From the NCBI RefSeq assembly GCF_009914755.1, contig NC_060932.1: 64,000 bases of DNA; one strand, written 5' to 3'. A model generated the notes under the pieces. The model did no database searches. It was not told the origin of the DNA and saw only the letters and a program-made list of their open reading frames with translations. The stretch's first letter is position 1, and each line of letters starts with the position of its first letter. Below are positions 40,524 through 56,199 of the stretch, piece by piece. The position numbers were made by a program, and so were the translations under genes. This DNA is from the human T2T-CHM13v2.0 reference genome, Homo sapiens.

Positions 40524-40888
40524 TGATATGGTTTGGCTCTGTGTCCCCAACCAAATCTCATGTCGAATTTTAATCCCCAGGAGTCAAGGGAGAGACCTGG
40601 TGGGAGGCGATTGGATCGTTGGGGAGGATTTCCCTTCTCTCTGTTCTCATGATAGTGAGTGAGTTCTCATGAAATCTGATTATTTAAAAGTGTATGGCAC
40701 CTCCCCCTTCTCTCACCTGCGTCACCATGGGAAGATGTGCCTTGCTTCCCATTCGCCCTCTGCCACGATTGTAAGTTTCCTGAGGCCTCCCCAGCCATGC
40801 AGAACTGTGAGTCAATTAAATCTCTTTTCTTCATAAATTACCCAGTCTCAGATAGTTCTTTACAGCAGTGTGAAAACGGACTAATACA
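40524..40888 (+). mobile_element. Full-length MSTA-like MaLR solo LTR
   Basis: TGATATGGTTTGGCTCTGTGTCCCC...AAAACGGACTAATACA; perfect TSD GGGCC at 40519-40523 and 40889-40893. Confidence 0.95.
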
Positions 40889-41759
40889 GGGCCCTATTTG
40901 CTATCCAAGCCTAGCCAAATCACCTTGTTTTATGATAGAAAGCGCTAAGTTGAGATTTAGAAAAATGAATTTCTTGCCAAGAAAAATAAGATATGACTGG
41001 TTATACTATTCTAATCTTCCAGTATAGTTCCCTCTTTATACCACTTTTTGGGAAAATATATGTGCTCCTGTGCTATAAACCATGGCATTTCCAATTTTTT
41101 TTAATGAAAATTAAAGCTAGTTTATAGATTGGTTTTTATTGCACCATGTTCCTAGTTTATTCTTTGAGCCAAATTGTTTGGCACTAGAATAATTGTATTC
41201 CATATTGTGCTAATCAATCATATGAAATCTACAACAAAATTCAAGGCAGCATTTTTTTGAAGTTTTTATAATAGTAAGTCAATTACCAAAAGCCAGTAGC
41301 CAATTTCAAGCTATCATCAAATGATTGCATAAGGCATTATTAACATTTCTAATGACTTAAATTCAAGAATCAGTTAAAGAAAACTTAAACATCACAGTTT
41401 TCTGGCTGAGAGTGTCTTTCTTGTTTTGATATAAAGCATATATCTATTTTTTGGGGAAAACGTAGGCATATGACCTGCAATTCATCTTGCCACATTTTGT
41501 AGTTGAATATTGTCTTATAGTAATGCTAATTATTAGTATCATTATATCAAGTTCATGTTCCCTTCATGGTGGCATAATACTTGGCAAAACAAACAAATCC
41601 CTGTTCACTCCACTCACTACAAGTGGAAATTTTAATAATCTATAAATTAAAGCAATAATATGCAATAAAATACAAAAAAGGAAATCCAGAAGATGAACAG
41701 AAAGAAGACACAGAGCAGCAGTTATATCAATACCTTAAAACACAGACACTGCAAATAGT

Positions 41760-41990
41760 AATAGCATCTCATCATTGATGTTTGTAAGTTCCAGGCTTGG
41801 TTTTAAGTGTTTTATGAGTATTTCTTTATGCTTAACATGCTTATGATTGGTATTATTCATGGCTGGAAGACACGATACTGAGGCACTGACAAGTGAAGTG
41901 ACTTACCAATTAACCTAGTAACTGGGAGAGATGAGATCCAAATCCAGGTAGTCTAACTTCTAAGTTGGGGCTCTGTGTCATTGTACCATA
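41760..41990 (-). mobile_element. MIR SINE
   Basis: GATACTGAGGCACTGACAAGTGAAGTGACTTACC...GAGATCCAAATCCAGGTAGTCTAACTTC. Confidence 0.6.
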
Positions 41991-42761
41991 GCTGTCTCTT
42001 TATAGTTTCAAATAAATATTAATGATGAGTACTTTATTTATTTACATAGGGCAATTCTACATTTTCTTTTAAAAAGTAACAATGGCATCTAAAACAAATC
42101 TACAAAGACAATAAGGTCACTGAATCACAGCATTGTTGCCCTTAGTACCTAAAACTGTGTCCTGTGTGTGACTGATACTGATAATAAGGTATGCCTGGAA
42201 TCAAAAGCAGTGAATTTTGAGATATATTATTTAACTTAGCCTTCAAAAATGGAAAACTTCAATTCTAAAAATTAGATTATAGTTAAAAAATTGGAAGGGG
42301 TATTGGATTTAATATTTTGAAGGCAGCAGCTGCAGAGTTTTGTGATTAGACTCCAGAGCCATATTGAGTCCCTGCAATGACATGCAAAATCCTGCATGTG
42401 TGTGCAGATGGGCTTACTTGTGGGGAGTGAATTTGAAGAATTCATGACATTCTCAAAGAGTTCAGACTGTGATACAAAACTTTCACAATGACTTTCTTAG
42501 AACATTATTTCACTTTAGTCACAAACATATACATGTATATATAATAGCCGAGTCTGCATATCAATATGCACAAACACACATACAGATCTCTAATAAATGT
42601 TACTTTGCACATTTAGTAGGAGTCAACAATGTTTTATGCTTTGAGTAGCTCTTTAACTTACCTTTCATCCAAAGTACTTTTATCACAAGGGAGAACAGGC
42701 TTACCTCAAAAGGTTGTGTCAGTACACATCATTTTACAAGAAATGTTTTATGTTTTTATTT

Positions 42762-43112
<351 letters not shown>

Positions 43113-44439
43113 TAAAAGGGGTTGGAAAATTGTGATCACCTGTTGATTATGTAAAAGTCTACTGAGGCAAAGGCTAAGAGGCATTTGTGTGTATGTGTGG
43201 TGTGGTTAATACTTACTGTATACGTAAGTAATAAGGACAAGCTTTGAAAAATTTGGATCTAAATGTCAAAAACCAAAAAGAACTCTATCTTATGTGTTAT
43301 TAATATGTTTCACTATCTAAAAGAATATTCCATCATGTAGTAGGAATGTCACATTACCATAATTTTCTTATATTGAATGCATGCATTTAGCAAGTACATT
43401 ATGATAGTGTCTGCCCTGAAAGAAGAAAATCCGTTTTGTACTGAGCTTCATGATGGTGAGCTGTCTAATTTACTTTAAAAATAGATCAATATTTTAGAAG
43501 CAGTTTTTGTGTTCTTTGTTTAGCATTTTAATACATTTAAATAAACTGGCCTTGTTTCCACAAAGTGTAAAGTAAAAGAGAGTTTGGTAATTATCTTATT
43601 AATAGGATCAATGTAGACACAATGTTAAGTGGACAAAGTTGTATTTCTTTGTTTTTCTACTTGTTAAATTGTGTAGTTTGACAAAATTGTCAGATAATTA
43701 TCACATTTTCATCTTATTTTGTTCTATAATACAATAACTATTGTATGACTTTTTCACATGCTTATAAATAAATATAATTTATTTTGCAGAAAATTCTATT
43801 TTCTTCAGATTTAAGTACCAGTTGCAAAAAGAGTATCTGTAAATCAAATCAAATAAAACCAGGAAGTTTCCACTGGCTTATTTTAATATTTTAATTTGAA
43901 TTTTAAAATGTAGAAATCTGTAAGGATATATATTTAAATTATAGGGGGAGCCATGTAAAATTGCCAATATTTGACTATTTCGGGTCTTCAAATTTTCACC
44001 TGATTCAACCTAACATTTCAGGAGATAATGGTGCCATTGCTATCACATGACATACTTATAAAAGTAAAGAATTTTTGGAAATCAATATAGTATTTATTTC
44101 AGTTACATATTTTACAATGATGGTTACAATATTAGGTTATCTGCCTCATGTAGAAAACCATATATTATACATTTGAATTTGATAATTTCTCATGTTTTCA
44201 TTAGAAGCTCCAAGTTCCATAGCTAGAATGCAATATACCACACTAACTTTGCAAAATCATGTATACTACAGTAAATAATCTGTTATCTTCCTAGGTAGGC
44301 ATCTCTGTGCTAGCAGAGACCAGGAGCTTGTCAGAGTTTCTACTGTAAACTATTTGTTCAGAGGTTTGTTTGTTCAGCATGTGGCATCATGATCATCACA
44401 AAACACATATTGAGTATTGCCTTGCACTGATTGTGACAC

Positions 44440-45330
44440 ATCTTCTCATTTCTCTATACGTCCTCTCCCTTAGAGTTTCCAACTTGTCATCTTGTAGTTT
44501 CAAATAGCACCCTGTGCTGTCACTCCAAAACACGTACCTACAGACCCTGCATGTCTCCTAAACTCTGGACCTGCATTTCTAAACTTTTCACATATTACAT
44601 TTCACACTGAATATCTATATTTACTTAAGACTCTATTCATGTTTTTCCTCCAAATGGCTTTGCAAAACCAGCCCCAAAGACCCTATCATTCTCCCAACTC
44701 AAAAGTCTTAGGATCATTTTTGACTCCCATATTTCCTCTTCTTTCGGGATGAATAAATTAAATTGTAATTGATTATTACTTGAAAATAGCTCATTTTTCT
44801 CTTCCCACTGCTGCTATGTTGGTCCTAGAAGTTATCATTGCACCCTAGAATTCAATGCATGCAGTAGCCTCCCAGCTTGCCTCCCTGCTAGTTTTACGCT
44901 GTTCTTTATACCATCACTAGATTAATAATCATAGTACTATCTATTTCTAAGAGGTTCCATGGCTTTTAATTGCCTGTAAGATGAAGGTAAGATGGCTTGT
45001 TATTTAAGGTCCTGAATAATTTGAACCTTGTATTCATTCCAGCCTCACTCCAGCTTTTTTCTTCACCAAGTGATTTTTTTTCAGTAAAGATGTGACTCAC
45101 ATGGTGGTCCCTCTGCTCATCTCTCTCATGACTTGCACTTGTAATATTACATGTACCAGAATATTCTTTTCCCTGCCTACCTACCATCTATGCTTATCTA
45201 AACAATCAAAACAGTTATTCTCTAATTCATTGAAGAGATTACTTTGTAGAGCCTTTTGATAATTTCTAGTATTATCTTAAATACAAATGAAAAATTTATT
45301 GTTATTTATTTTCGTGTTTTCTTTCCTCAA
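44440..45330 (+). mobile_element. L2 LINE fragments
   Basis: AGTCTTAGGATCATTTTTGACTCCC, GCAGTAGCCTCCCAGCTTGCCTCCCTGC; appears to continue after the Alu to ~45760. Confidence 0.55.
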
Positions 45331-45334
45331 TTAG

Positions 45335-45643
<309 letters not shown>

Positions 45644-46119
45644 AGATTATGAGCTTCTTGAAGACAGATTATGACCTAATGTTTTTCACCTTTCCATTGC
45701 AACTCAGTGGTTAGCATAATTTCTAGTGCTTAATGTGTGTTCCAAAAACATTTTTTAAATTTTACAGAGTATGAAATATTAAAAAAACAGTTGCCAATTC
45801 TTATTTGTGGAAAAAATAAAAAATATTTCTGGAAATAGTAAGAACTCCCTGCACGGAGCAGAGGGTAGATGTGAACAAAGGCTCCATAATTCAGTGGGGT
45901 CAAGGGAAGGGAGATGCAGAGAGCAGAGCACAGATCGTGCATTAGATGCCAGTGGAGGTGAATGGGAGGGAGGTGATTTATGATAACAAGCATTAAAACA
46001 GCTTAAAAGAGAACCCATATGAAAGTTCCTGAATGTCTGGTTTTACAATCATATTCTCAATTCATTTAAAGACTGTTCCTATATCAGTTATGGTATCTGA
46101 TTTTTCAAACGTTTTTTCC

Positions 46120-47625
46120 CTCCAAGTTTTATTTTAGGTTCAGGGAGTGATGTGTGGGTTTGTTTCATTGATAAACTGCATGTTGCTGCAGTTTGGTGTA
46201 CAAATGACTTCGTCACCCAAGCAGGGAGCATAGTACCTGATAAGTAGTTTTTTGGTCCTTACCCTCCTCCATCTCTGTACTCTCAAATTGGCTCCGTGTC
46301 TATTGTTCCCTTCTCAGTGTCCATGTGTACTCTTTGTTTAGTTCCCACTTGTAAGTGAGAAATGTAATGTTTGTTTTTCTGTTTTTGCATTAATTTGCTT
46401 AGGACAATGGCCTCCAGCTCCATCCATGTTGTTGCAAAGGACATGATTTCATTCTTTTTTATAACTGCATAGTATTCCTGGGTGTATATGCACTTCATTT
46501 TGTTTATCCATTCCACCTTTGAAGGGCATTTAGGTTGATTCCATGTCTTTGCTATTATGAAAAGTGCTGTGATGAACATACACAAGCATGTGTCTTTATG
46601 ATAAAATGATTTATACTCCTTCAGGTATATACCTAGTAATGGGATTGCTAGGTCAAATGGTAATTCTGTTTTAAGTTCTTTGAGAAATCACCAAACCGCT
46701 TTCCACAGTGGCTGAACTAATTTACATTCCCACCAGCAGTGTATTAAGTGTTCCCTTTTCTCTGCAACATCACCAGCATCTGCTATTTTTTGACTTTTTA
46801 GTAATAGCAATTCTGACTGGTATGAGATGATATCACATTGTGGTTTTGATTTGTATCTCTCTAATAATTAGTGACGAGCATTTTTTCGTATGCTTGTTGG
46901 CCGCATGTATGTCTTCTTTTGAGAAATGTCTTCTCATGGCTTTTGCTCATTTTTTAATGGGGATATTTGTTTTTTTTTCTTTTTGATTTAAGTTTCTTAT
47001 AGATTCTGGATAATAAGACCTTTGTCAGATGCATAGTTTGTGAATATTTTCTCTCATTCTATAGGTTGTCTGTTTCCTCTGTTGAGCTTCTCTTGCTGTG
47101 CAGAAGAGTTTTTGTTCAATTAGGTCCCATTTGTCAATTTTTGTTTTTGTTGCAATTGTTTTTGTAGTCTTCATCATGAAATCTTTATCAGGGCCTATGT
47201 CCAGAATGGTATTTCCTAGATTTTCTCCTGGGGTTTTTATAGTTTTAGGTTTTATATTTAAGTGTTTAATCAATCTTAAGTTGATTTTTGTATATTGTAA
47301 AAGGAAGGAGTCCAGTTTTAATGTTCCACATATGGCTGGCCAGTTATCCCACCACCATTTATTCAGTAAGTCCTCTCTCCATTTCTTGTTATTGTTGATT
47401 CTGTCAAAGGTCAGATGATTATAGGTGCATGGCTTTATTTCTGGGTTCGCTAACCTGTTCCATTGATCTGTGTGTCTGTTTCTGTACCAGCAGCTTGCTG
47501 TTTTGATTACTGTGGCCTTGTAGTATAGTCTGAAATCAGGTAGTGTGATATCTCCAGCTTTGTTCTTTTTGCTTAAGATTGCCTTGGTTATTTGAGTTCT
47601 TTTTTGATTCCACATAAATATAGAT
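46120..47625 (-). mobile_element. Older L1PA (about PA13-16) 3' 1.5 kb: degenerate ORF2 C-terminus plus 3' UTR
   Basis: ORF 47025..47648 ([39 protein letters not shown]...DQWNR) and ORF 46283..46585 (MFITALFIIAKTWNQPKCPS) are L1 ORF2p remnants broken by frameshifts/stops. Confidence 0.95.
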
Positions 47626-48202
47626 TTTTTTTCCCACTTTTTTTGCATTTATAAACACTATCAAGTCTGATATAGTGCTTAATGTTTTCATAATTTGAAC
47701 AAGACAAGTTGGGAACTATGATGCAGAGGGAAGCCAAAATCACGCAGAAAATGGTACTGGGGAAATGGCCCTAATCACTGAGTCTTCATCAACCAGCAGT
47801 TAAATGCGCTCAGCCCATTTTTTTTTTTTTTTTTTTTTTTTGTCAAATTTCTACAGAATAGAGGGCATAACACCCTCAGGAGGCAGTCCTGAGCAAGGCA
47901 TGAAAGAGGGATATCTAAGCTGAAATTTGGTACTAGTGATGGCAATAATGACTAAAATATGGAAAATAGCATGAGAGTAGTGTTGACAAGAATGTTGGTG
48001 TTGTAGCTCCAGATGATGTTACCTTGTCAAATGTTATACATATAAGGAATTCAAGGTAGAATGCCAGTTTTTCAAGACTGGACTGAACAGTAGGGGGCAA
48101 GAACTGCTGCACTGTGGGCGCTGTTGGCTCAGCCTTCATGGGAATAATAAATCTCGCAGCCCCAAATCATCTCAAAAATAATGTGTATTATAAATAAATT
48201 AC

Positions 48203-48493
48203 TGGTGTGATGGCTCACACCTGTAATCTCAGCAATTTGGGAGGCCAACGTGGGCAGATTGCTTGAGTCCAAGAGTTTGAGACCAGCCAGGACAACATGG
48301 AAACACGCTATCTCTACAAAAAACACAAAAATTAGCCATGCTTGGTGGCATGTGCCTGTAGTCTCAGCTACTAGGGAGGCTGAGGTGGGAGAATCACTTG
48401 AGCCTGGGAAGGTCAAGGCCTCGGTAAGCAGAGATCGCATCTCTGCACTCTAGCCTGGGCAACAGAGCAAGACTCTGTCTCAAAATAAATAAA
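48203..48493 (+). mobile_element. AluJ-like
   Basis: TGGCTCACACCTGTAATCTCAGC...GCACTCTAGCCTGGGCAACAGAGCAAGACTCTGTCTCAAAATAAATAAA. Confidence 0.93.
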
Positions 48494-48825
48494 CATATTA
48501 ATTAATTAAAATGAATATACTATACAGTTTCTGATCTGTGCTAGTCAATGCTGCTTCTAGACTAAAGTGTTACATACTCCAAGGTCATTATTTTGTTCAG
48601 TATAGTGCCCCTTTATTGAAGTTATGTAATATTATATCCCTTGCTGGGCCTTGTTTATCCATACATGTAGGTATTGGTCCAGCAGAGATTTTGATTATCA
48701 GTTTACTATCTCATTTGATCAAGATCAAATTGCTCAGATGAATTTTGTTTGCTTTTTTAGGTTCCAGGAATTCAAACTTTTGAAAATTAAAATTTATGAA
48801 AATATTTATTATTAAAAATGTGTCA

Positions 48826-49137
<312 letters not shown>

Positions 49138-50450
49138 TCAAAGAGCACACGTCTGTATTTTCCCAACTAAGCAAATTGAGACAAACGATAACATGAAATG
49201 AAACCAACAAACACAGGAAATGCAGTGCTTGTCAAAAGATCAATGATTTATTTAGAGTTTTATTATATTGGCAACTTAATAATCCCAGTTGATCATACAT
49301 ATAAATTTGATTTGTATATGTCAGATGGCAACTCTTTAAAATCATCATAATGAGGAAAAAGTTATGATGCTTTCTAGGAAATGCTATTTCTAATGAAAGA
49401 AAATATATTTCCATCTGAGAGCTCATTTTAATGCTAGGCTAAAATAATCTAGATTGTTTGAAATATTTTCTCTCTCTTTTTTTTTTTAAGTAATGAGACT
49501 TCCATGTGATCTTTTGGGTTTTCTAAAAGTTATGAAAAAAGTATCCTAGAAGCTGCAATAAACTGGACCATTATGTCAATAAGAGAACCTACAGAATAAA
49601 AAGCCTCTTGTTGCTTATATACCCATACATTCTGTGAGTTTGATAGCTTACAGAAAAAAATTCCAAGGAGGTAGAAAAAACAAACAAAGCGTGTTTAAAT
49701 GTGGATAACAGAACCAGAATTTTATGTTAACATTTACTTGACACTGTTGAAAGATAATTTATTGACAAATGCAGACATCTTTCTCTTGCAACTATAAGTT
49801 AGTCTCTACCTGTAAGAGGTCCTCAAGTGACAAATAATGTCTTTTTTCATTGACGTGTCATAGAAAAATAGCACAGGGTCTAGTTCAAACTGAATGTTGA
49901 TGACATGGCTAGTGAATAGATGAGTGAATGATATTACAAATGAAAACTGAAAGAGAAAATATGAATAATATAAACCATGTAAACAATATGAGTATAGTAT
50001 GTAAAACCTTTGCCCTGCATCTGGTACATAATACACCCTCAGTAGGCATAACTTTTGCTGTCTTCCAGGAGTTACATCAGTGTGTTTGAGTGTAAATGAT
50101 GGACTCATTGATGACCTGTTGTCTGTCAAGTGGTGACAAAGTTGTGCTTCCTTCTACTAATTCCATCTATAGATCATTTTTCATCTTCCTCGTTATTTTG
50201 TTTTCAACACCGGATGTTCAGTATTTACTTTCATTTTTATATTCACCCCTCAAAGTTAAAATTAGGAAAATTTTAAAATTCTTTGCTCAACAATGCAACA
50301 ATTTTGCATATATCTTTATGAAAGAAAACTGGATGTCAGAAAAGAAAGTGGATTGGCCTAATCTCCAAAACTACTAAGTGGCAGAGTCAGCATTTGCTAC
50401 CATCTGCTCTATTGTATATTAGAACTCACATTCATCAAGAAGTGGTATTG

Positions 50451-50750
50451 GGCCAGGCACTGTGGCTCACACCTGTAATCCTAGCACTTTGGAAGACCGA
50501 GGTGGGTAGATTGCCTGAGCTCAGGAGTTCAAGACAAGTCTGGACAACATGGTGAAACCCTGTCTCTAAAATTATCTGGGTGTAATGGCATGTGCCTGTA
50601 ATCCCAGCTACTCGGGGGCTGAGGCACAAGAATCACCAAGAATCACTTGATCCCGGGAAGTGGAGGCTGCAGTGAGCTGAGATGGTGCCACTGCACTCCA
50701 GCCCAAGTGGCAGAGCTAGACTTAGTCTCAAACAAACAAGCAAAAAAAAA
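50451..50750 (+). mobile_element. Alu with shortened central A-linker and a 10-bp duplication (CAAGAATCAC)2
   Basis: GGCCAGGCACTGTGGCTCAC start; TSD AGAAGTGGTATTG (50438-50450) / AGAAGTGATATTG (50752-50764). Confidence 0.95.
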
Positions 50751-50769
50751 CAGAAGTGATATTGTGCTG

Positions 50770-51240
50770 GTGATTCTGTCTCCCCTTCTTGGACCTCTAA
50801 GTTCTGTCTTCACTCTTCCCTAGTGTGTGTTGTTCCCTGGGAGTATGACACCTTTTTTACATCACCAGTTTTTATTACCTCCTGGATTGTGGTTATTTTC
50901 AGCTAACAGGAGGTACCAGCAAGAGATGAGAGCGGGAGAGGGTCTAGGGAGAGGCCGAGTACTTTTCCTCTGCCCCCTCCTGCCTGGGCTGCAGATTCTG
51001 GTATTGACTCTCCCTCCGTGACTGCAGGGCTGCAGCGCCTCCTAAGTAGCCTGTCCTCCATGCCTCCCATTCCCATGGGGCTCCAGTAACTCTTTCCTCC
51101 CCTTGCTTTTTCAGGTCTAGGCTGGCTTAACAGCTCTTCTTTGTTCTCCTACACTCAACCACATCTCTGTTAATAGGTCCTTCTTTAAAGTCTCTTTGAT
51201 TGTCTGATTTGGATTCTCTTTTCTACCAGGATGCTGGTAA
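50770..51240 (+). mobile_element. LTR33-like ERVL LTR
   Basis: CAGCTAACAGGAGGTACCAGCAAGAGATGAGAGCGGGAGAG...GAGGCCGAGTACTTTTCCTCTGCCCCCTCCTGCC. Confidence 0.55.
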
Positions 51241-52849
51241 TCCCTGTGCACCGAGACCATAAATGGACCAAGAAATGAACAATAGATAAAACAATCATTT
51301 TAAAAATAAGTAGTCATTTTGATTCAGGTTGAAAATTTATATTCCATTGTTTAAGTCTATTTTTCATTCATGTTTGTTAATTTTATTGTGTATTTTCCTA
51401 AATATAAATTAAACTGAAATGCACACTTCTACTTACTCTTTTAAGATGGAAGGAAGGGGTGTGTTTTTTAAAAATTATTTTCCATGAATTAAACAAAAAA
51501 CATTCCTGGAATTATTATTTCTTTTGAAACATTGAAGTACTTCTGGTACATAGTAACTTTTGCCCTATTTATTTAAATATCAGTGAGGTTGTTGAAAAGT
51601 CTTGGGGCAATGATAAGATATTTGAATTAAATATAGATTTGGGGTTCTGAATCTGCCGAGTTGTGTGCTAAAAACACGAACGGACCGATCTCAACAAACT
51701 GGAATGATGGTCATTTCATTGAGTTGGTTGCCACTTGTTTATTTTGTAGACAAATGATTTGACTTTTTTTAAACCCAAGTCTAAATAAGTGACTTTAATC
51801 TTATCAGGATTGGATGACTTAGTCAGTATTTGCTTCAAATGCAATAAAAAATTTTTGCCGTTGCTACTTGCTTTTCTTCTGGGTTTTGTAGCACAACAAA
51901 CCAAGCTGTATTCTAAGTGTATTTTTAGTGCTGTCTTCGCCAAGTCCCAAACAAATGTTGTCAGTCCATACAACTACTTCCAGTCTTTAAAGTTGCCCAT
52001 CAAAACTTTATGGTTTGCCTGGACTGTGTGTTTAGAGACTCTGGTCTTATATATCTCGAGGACACATTGAGTTTTGTCACATCTAAACAGCTATAAATTT
52101 TTGGCAGAATAATCTAGCCCATGTGTGTCAACACTCTCAAATTTAAAGCACTTTTTTTCTTATAGCTCTTCTTTGTCAATCATTGATACCTCACAAAGCC
52201 ATACTTTTATCTAGCACTTCATAAAATTTAAATAGGTAAATAGTTAAAAAAGAGATATAGTCTTGTCTATGATTCATTTATTTTACAATAGGAAGTTAAG
52301 AAGTATGCCACAAAAAAACTATGACACAAGGCATGAATTTAGATAGGAAAGTACAAATAAAGTGTACGTATATGCAGTATGTGTAGTATATGTTCCTTTA
52401 CATTCTAAAATATTTTTTATCTCTGTTTCTTTTTATTTTTCTACATTATGGGAATTTCTTCGACTTTATCTTGAAAATTAGTAACTTGGTTCTTAGTCAG
52501 ATAGCATTGTATTATTAAGCCCATATATTTGGGTTTTTTATTTTCATAATTTTGACAGTCTTATTTTTCTTTTTCAAAGCCTAAGTTTTGTCCTCTATTT
52601 GGTCCTTTTACATAGCAGTTCATCATTATTGTTTTATAAAAAAAATTTTATTGAATTTCTCTGAGGACATGGATTACAATTCATCTTTGTTTCCTGAGTA
52701 ATCTCTTTTTTTCTGGAATCAAGTATTTTGTGTGTTTATTCAGTACTACTATTTTATAAGACATATTTTCCTCAATTGTCTATACATATATGTGTGTGTC
52801 ATTCTTATCTATGGGCGTTGTATGTAGTTAGCAGGATTTCAGCATGCTG

Positions 52850-52970
52850 AGATGCTGAACAGAGAACCTAGCTAAACAGTACTCACAGAAACTATGAGAT
52901 AATACATTTGTGTTGTGTTAAGCTACTCAATTTGTAGTAATTTGTTACGCAGAAGTTAAAAACTAATACA
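52850..52970 (+). mobile_element. MLT1 LTR 3' end
   Basis: CACAGAAACTATGAGATAATACATTTGTGTTGTGTTAAGCTACTCAATTTGTAGTAATTTGTTACGCAG...AACTAATACA. Confidence 0.7.
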
Positions 52971-53664
52971 ATGGCTTTCGCCTTACTGTGCCTTACAAAT
53001 AGGTATGTATGCATGTATTTGGTAGAATCATAGTTTAAGGAAGTCTTGATACAGTCCTTGGCTCTCTAGTCCTTGTGGTATTAGAAAATATATAAAAAGA
53101 AGAGAGAATAGAGTCCAAGTAACAATAGACAATTATCCACAGATAATATCTGATTATTTCAAAGGAAATATTGGTTTTTAGAGAAGAAATGTGTGGTTAT
53201 ATTCTACTGACTCAAAAGCATATAATAATCCAAAATCAGTATACTCTGTATATCTAGCTTTGTAGTTAAAATAATGTAATTTATAAGACAGCAATAGTGC
53301 TGAGTGCAGTGTTATCCAACCTAGTACAGGCCTTTTTATACTCCCTCCTCCAAAGTGAAGATAATAACAGGTGTGTATACCCCTGTTGAATTATTTGAGG
53401 TCTAAAGGTTTGATTAAAACACACCCACGCATGTATAGGATAAATATTGGTTTGTATCCACGTGTAGTCAGAATTCGTATTTAGAAAGTAAATTAATCTA
53501 TATGTTTTACATAATCAAGTTTTGTATTTTCCAAAGAAGAGTATTTTCAGCTCCTTAGAGTTGTGGGTCCTCAACTTATTTTGTTATTGTTTTTGATTGT
53601 GGTCTCTGGTTTTCCTTTGCAAAACTAGGATTCATTTTGTGGAATCTCTGGAAAATTTGAAAAT

Positions 53665-54107
53665 GTTATCTCAATATGTGAGAGTTAGGAATGTGGGTGC
53701 AGCTTAGCTAGTGGCTCTGGCTCAGAGTGTCTCATGAGGTTGCAGTCTCTGGAGACTTGGCTGGGGCTGGGGAATCTGTTTCTAAGCTTACTCATACAGC
53801 TGTTGGCAGGAGGCATCAGTTACTCACCATGAAGCCTCTCCATTGGTGCTGTTCATGGCGGGGATTTCTAAGAATGAATGATGAGAGACCTAGAGAGCGA
53901 GCAAAAGAACAACCAAACCAGAAGCTTCTGTGCTTTTGTTCTTACCTAATCTTAGAAGTGATATAGCATCACTTCTGCCATTCTTTATTGGCCATAAATG
54001 AGTCGTGATTCCACGTCCAGCCTTCACTCAATGGGAGGAGAATACACAAGAGTGTAAATATCACAAGGTAGGGACCACTGAGGCTCATTTTGGAGGCTGC
54101 TTACCAA
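53665..54107 (-). mobile_element. MLT1 (E-H-like) LTR
   Basis: CAGCTTAGCTAGTGGCTCTGGCTCAGAGTGTCTCATGAGGTTGCAGTC...CATTTTGGAGGCTGCTTACCA. Confidence 0.7.
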
Positions 54108-54447
54108 TATATGATATTCTTCATAAAAATTTATCAGGAGATTAAAAGAGAAGAGGAAGCCTAGACTTGTATTTCAAGGCTGATGAAGCCGGTTGCATTA
54201 TAGTGAAATCTGATGTGTATTAGGTCCTTCTTTCAAGTTTATTAAATATGTGCCAGGACTGCAATTTGTCCACACCTTTCATTCTCTCCTTCTTAGATAG
54301 TAATTGAACCTTAGGTTTTTAGCCTTGTATAATGGCTATTCAGAAAGCAGATAATATTTTTCAATCTCTCCTGGAACTAAGTACATAGCATTTGACATGG
54401 GCAAAGAGCTATGGACAATTTCTGAGTCACGCCCTTTTATTTGCAGC

Positions 54448-54670
54448 TTTTTACTTGAGAAAGTGTCTTGTTCTGTTGCCCAGGCTGGAGTCCAGTGGCG
54501 TCATCATGATTAACTGCAGCCTCGAACTTCCAGGCTCAAGTGATCCTCCTACCTCACCTGCCTGAGTAGTTGGGACCACAGGTGTGTGCCGACACACCTG
54601 GCAAATTAAATTTATTTATTTATTTATTTATTTTTAGAGATAGGGTTTCACTATGCTGCCGAGGCTGGCT
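54448..54670 (-). mobile_element. 5'-truncated AluJ-like, antisense
   Basis: GTCTTGTTCTGTTGCCCAGGCTGGAGT...(ATTT)n linker...GAGATAGGGTTTCACTATGCTGCCGAGGCTGG. Confidence 0.88.
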
Positions 54671-54967
54671 TTTTCTTCTCTTTCAATTATTAAAATGTGG
54701 GACATGGAAGTAAGCCTTCTTGGATCACATGGATGAGGGGACTCTTCTAGGACAACAAGGCAGGAGGAGCACAGGCACTGATCCCATGGAGATGCCAGCC
54801 TAGTCGATTTATATCAGGATCTCTAGATGAGAGAGAAATCATCTAAATGATAAATTTTGTCTAAACCAAAATTAGTTTTAGAGTCTGGTGGAGTAGCCAG
54901 ACTCATATTCCAACTGTGTTTTTTCAAGGTTTTTTGACCAATACTCTCAGTTAAAAATACAATTTAA

Positions 54968-55263
<296 letters not shown>

Positions 55264-55962
55264 GCATTTTAAATTGCAACACAGTATATACACAAATATA
55301 TAGGTAATTACAAGTTTTTTATAAAATAATTATTTTGACTACATATACTCTTAATTATTATTCTATTCATTTCTATCCTGTTTTATTCCATTTCAATCCA
55401 TTTTATTAAGACAAATAATGCTCTTCAGTGCTGACTTAATCATTTTCATGACCTACTAATTGCTCACAAACCGTAGGTTGAGAAACATTGTCCAAACTAT
55501 TACAATATGGTAGAAGTGATTTGCCTGTATTATGTATTCTATGACAGAGCTTTCTTTTCCCCTTCTTACATAGAATCCTGTGAATCTTAGAAGTGGCAAA
55601 CTTAAAATTGTTATTACCTCTCATATGTTAAGTTTGCCAGAAGTTTGTCATGCCTTCAATTTAAATTCAAATTTCCTTTTTTTCATTTTATTCATTCTAG
55701 AGAGTATACTGAGTACCTTGTATTGAATAAGGTCTGTACTAGATGAATAAGAAATTAGTTCCCTCAAAAAGCTATAGTCTATCAGAACAGATAGGGATGT
55801 AAACAGATAGATTAAAATAGAATGTGATTGCTACTACTGTAACTCAAACATAGTGGTCTTGAGATGATCAAGCAGCAAAACCTTAGGTGTTTGCAGCCAG
55901 GATGTTGAGAGTAAAACACATGAGGTACCATAAAAACAAAAGTGAAAGGATATTCACCACTA

Positions 55963-56199
55963 CAGGTCAAGTATAACTTATCAGAAAGTTTGGGGCCAGA
56001 AGTGATTGAGAATTCAAATTTTTTAGGATTTTGGATATTTTGATTATATACTTACCAGTTGAATGCCCCTAACCTTAAAATCAGAAATCTGAAATGCTCC
56101 CATGGTCATGTTCTTTTAAGTGTCATTTAAGCACTCAAAAAGTTTTGGAGTTTGGAGTATTTTGGATTTCAGGTTTCCAAATTTGGGATACTCAACCTG
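55963..56199. mobile_element. Tigger4a/MER46-type TcMar non-autonomous DNA transposon
   Basis: Terminal inverted repeats CAGGTCAAGTAT.../...GATACTCAACCTG, flanked by TA on both sides (55961-62, 56200-01); 237 bp. Confidence 0.85.

Noticed and set aside
38767-40573. Pairs of near-identical small ORFs suggesting a duplicated gene family
   Set aside because: They straddle an LTR boundary on both strands and simply reflect the 360-bp duplication.
47025-47648. 207-aa ORF, the longest in the window
   Set aside because: Degenerate L1 ORF2p fragment in a 5'-truncated element, not a host gene.
47818-47841. Isolated T24 run as a possible retrocopy tail
   Set aside because: No TSD and no adjacent recognisable processed sequence.
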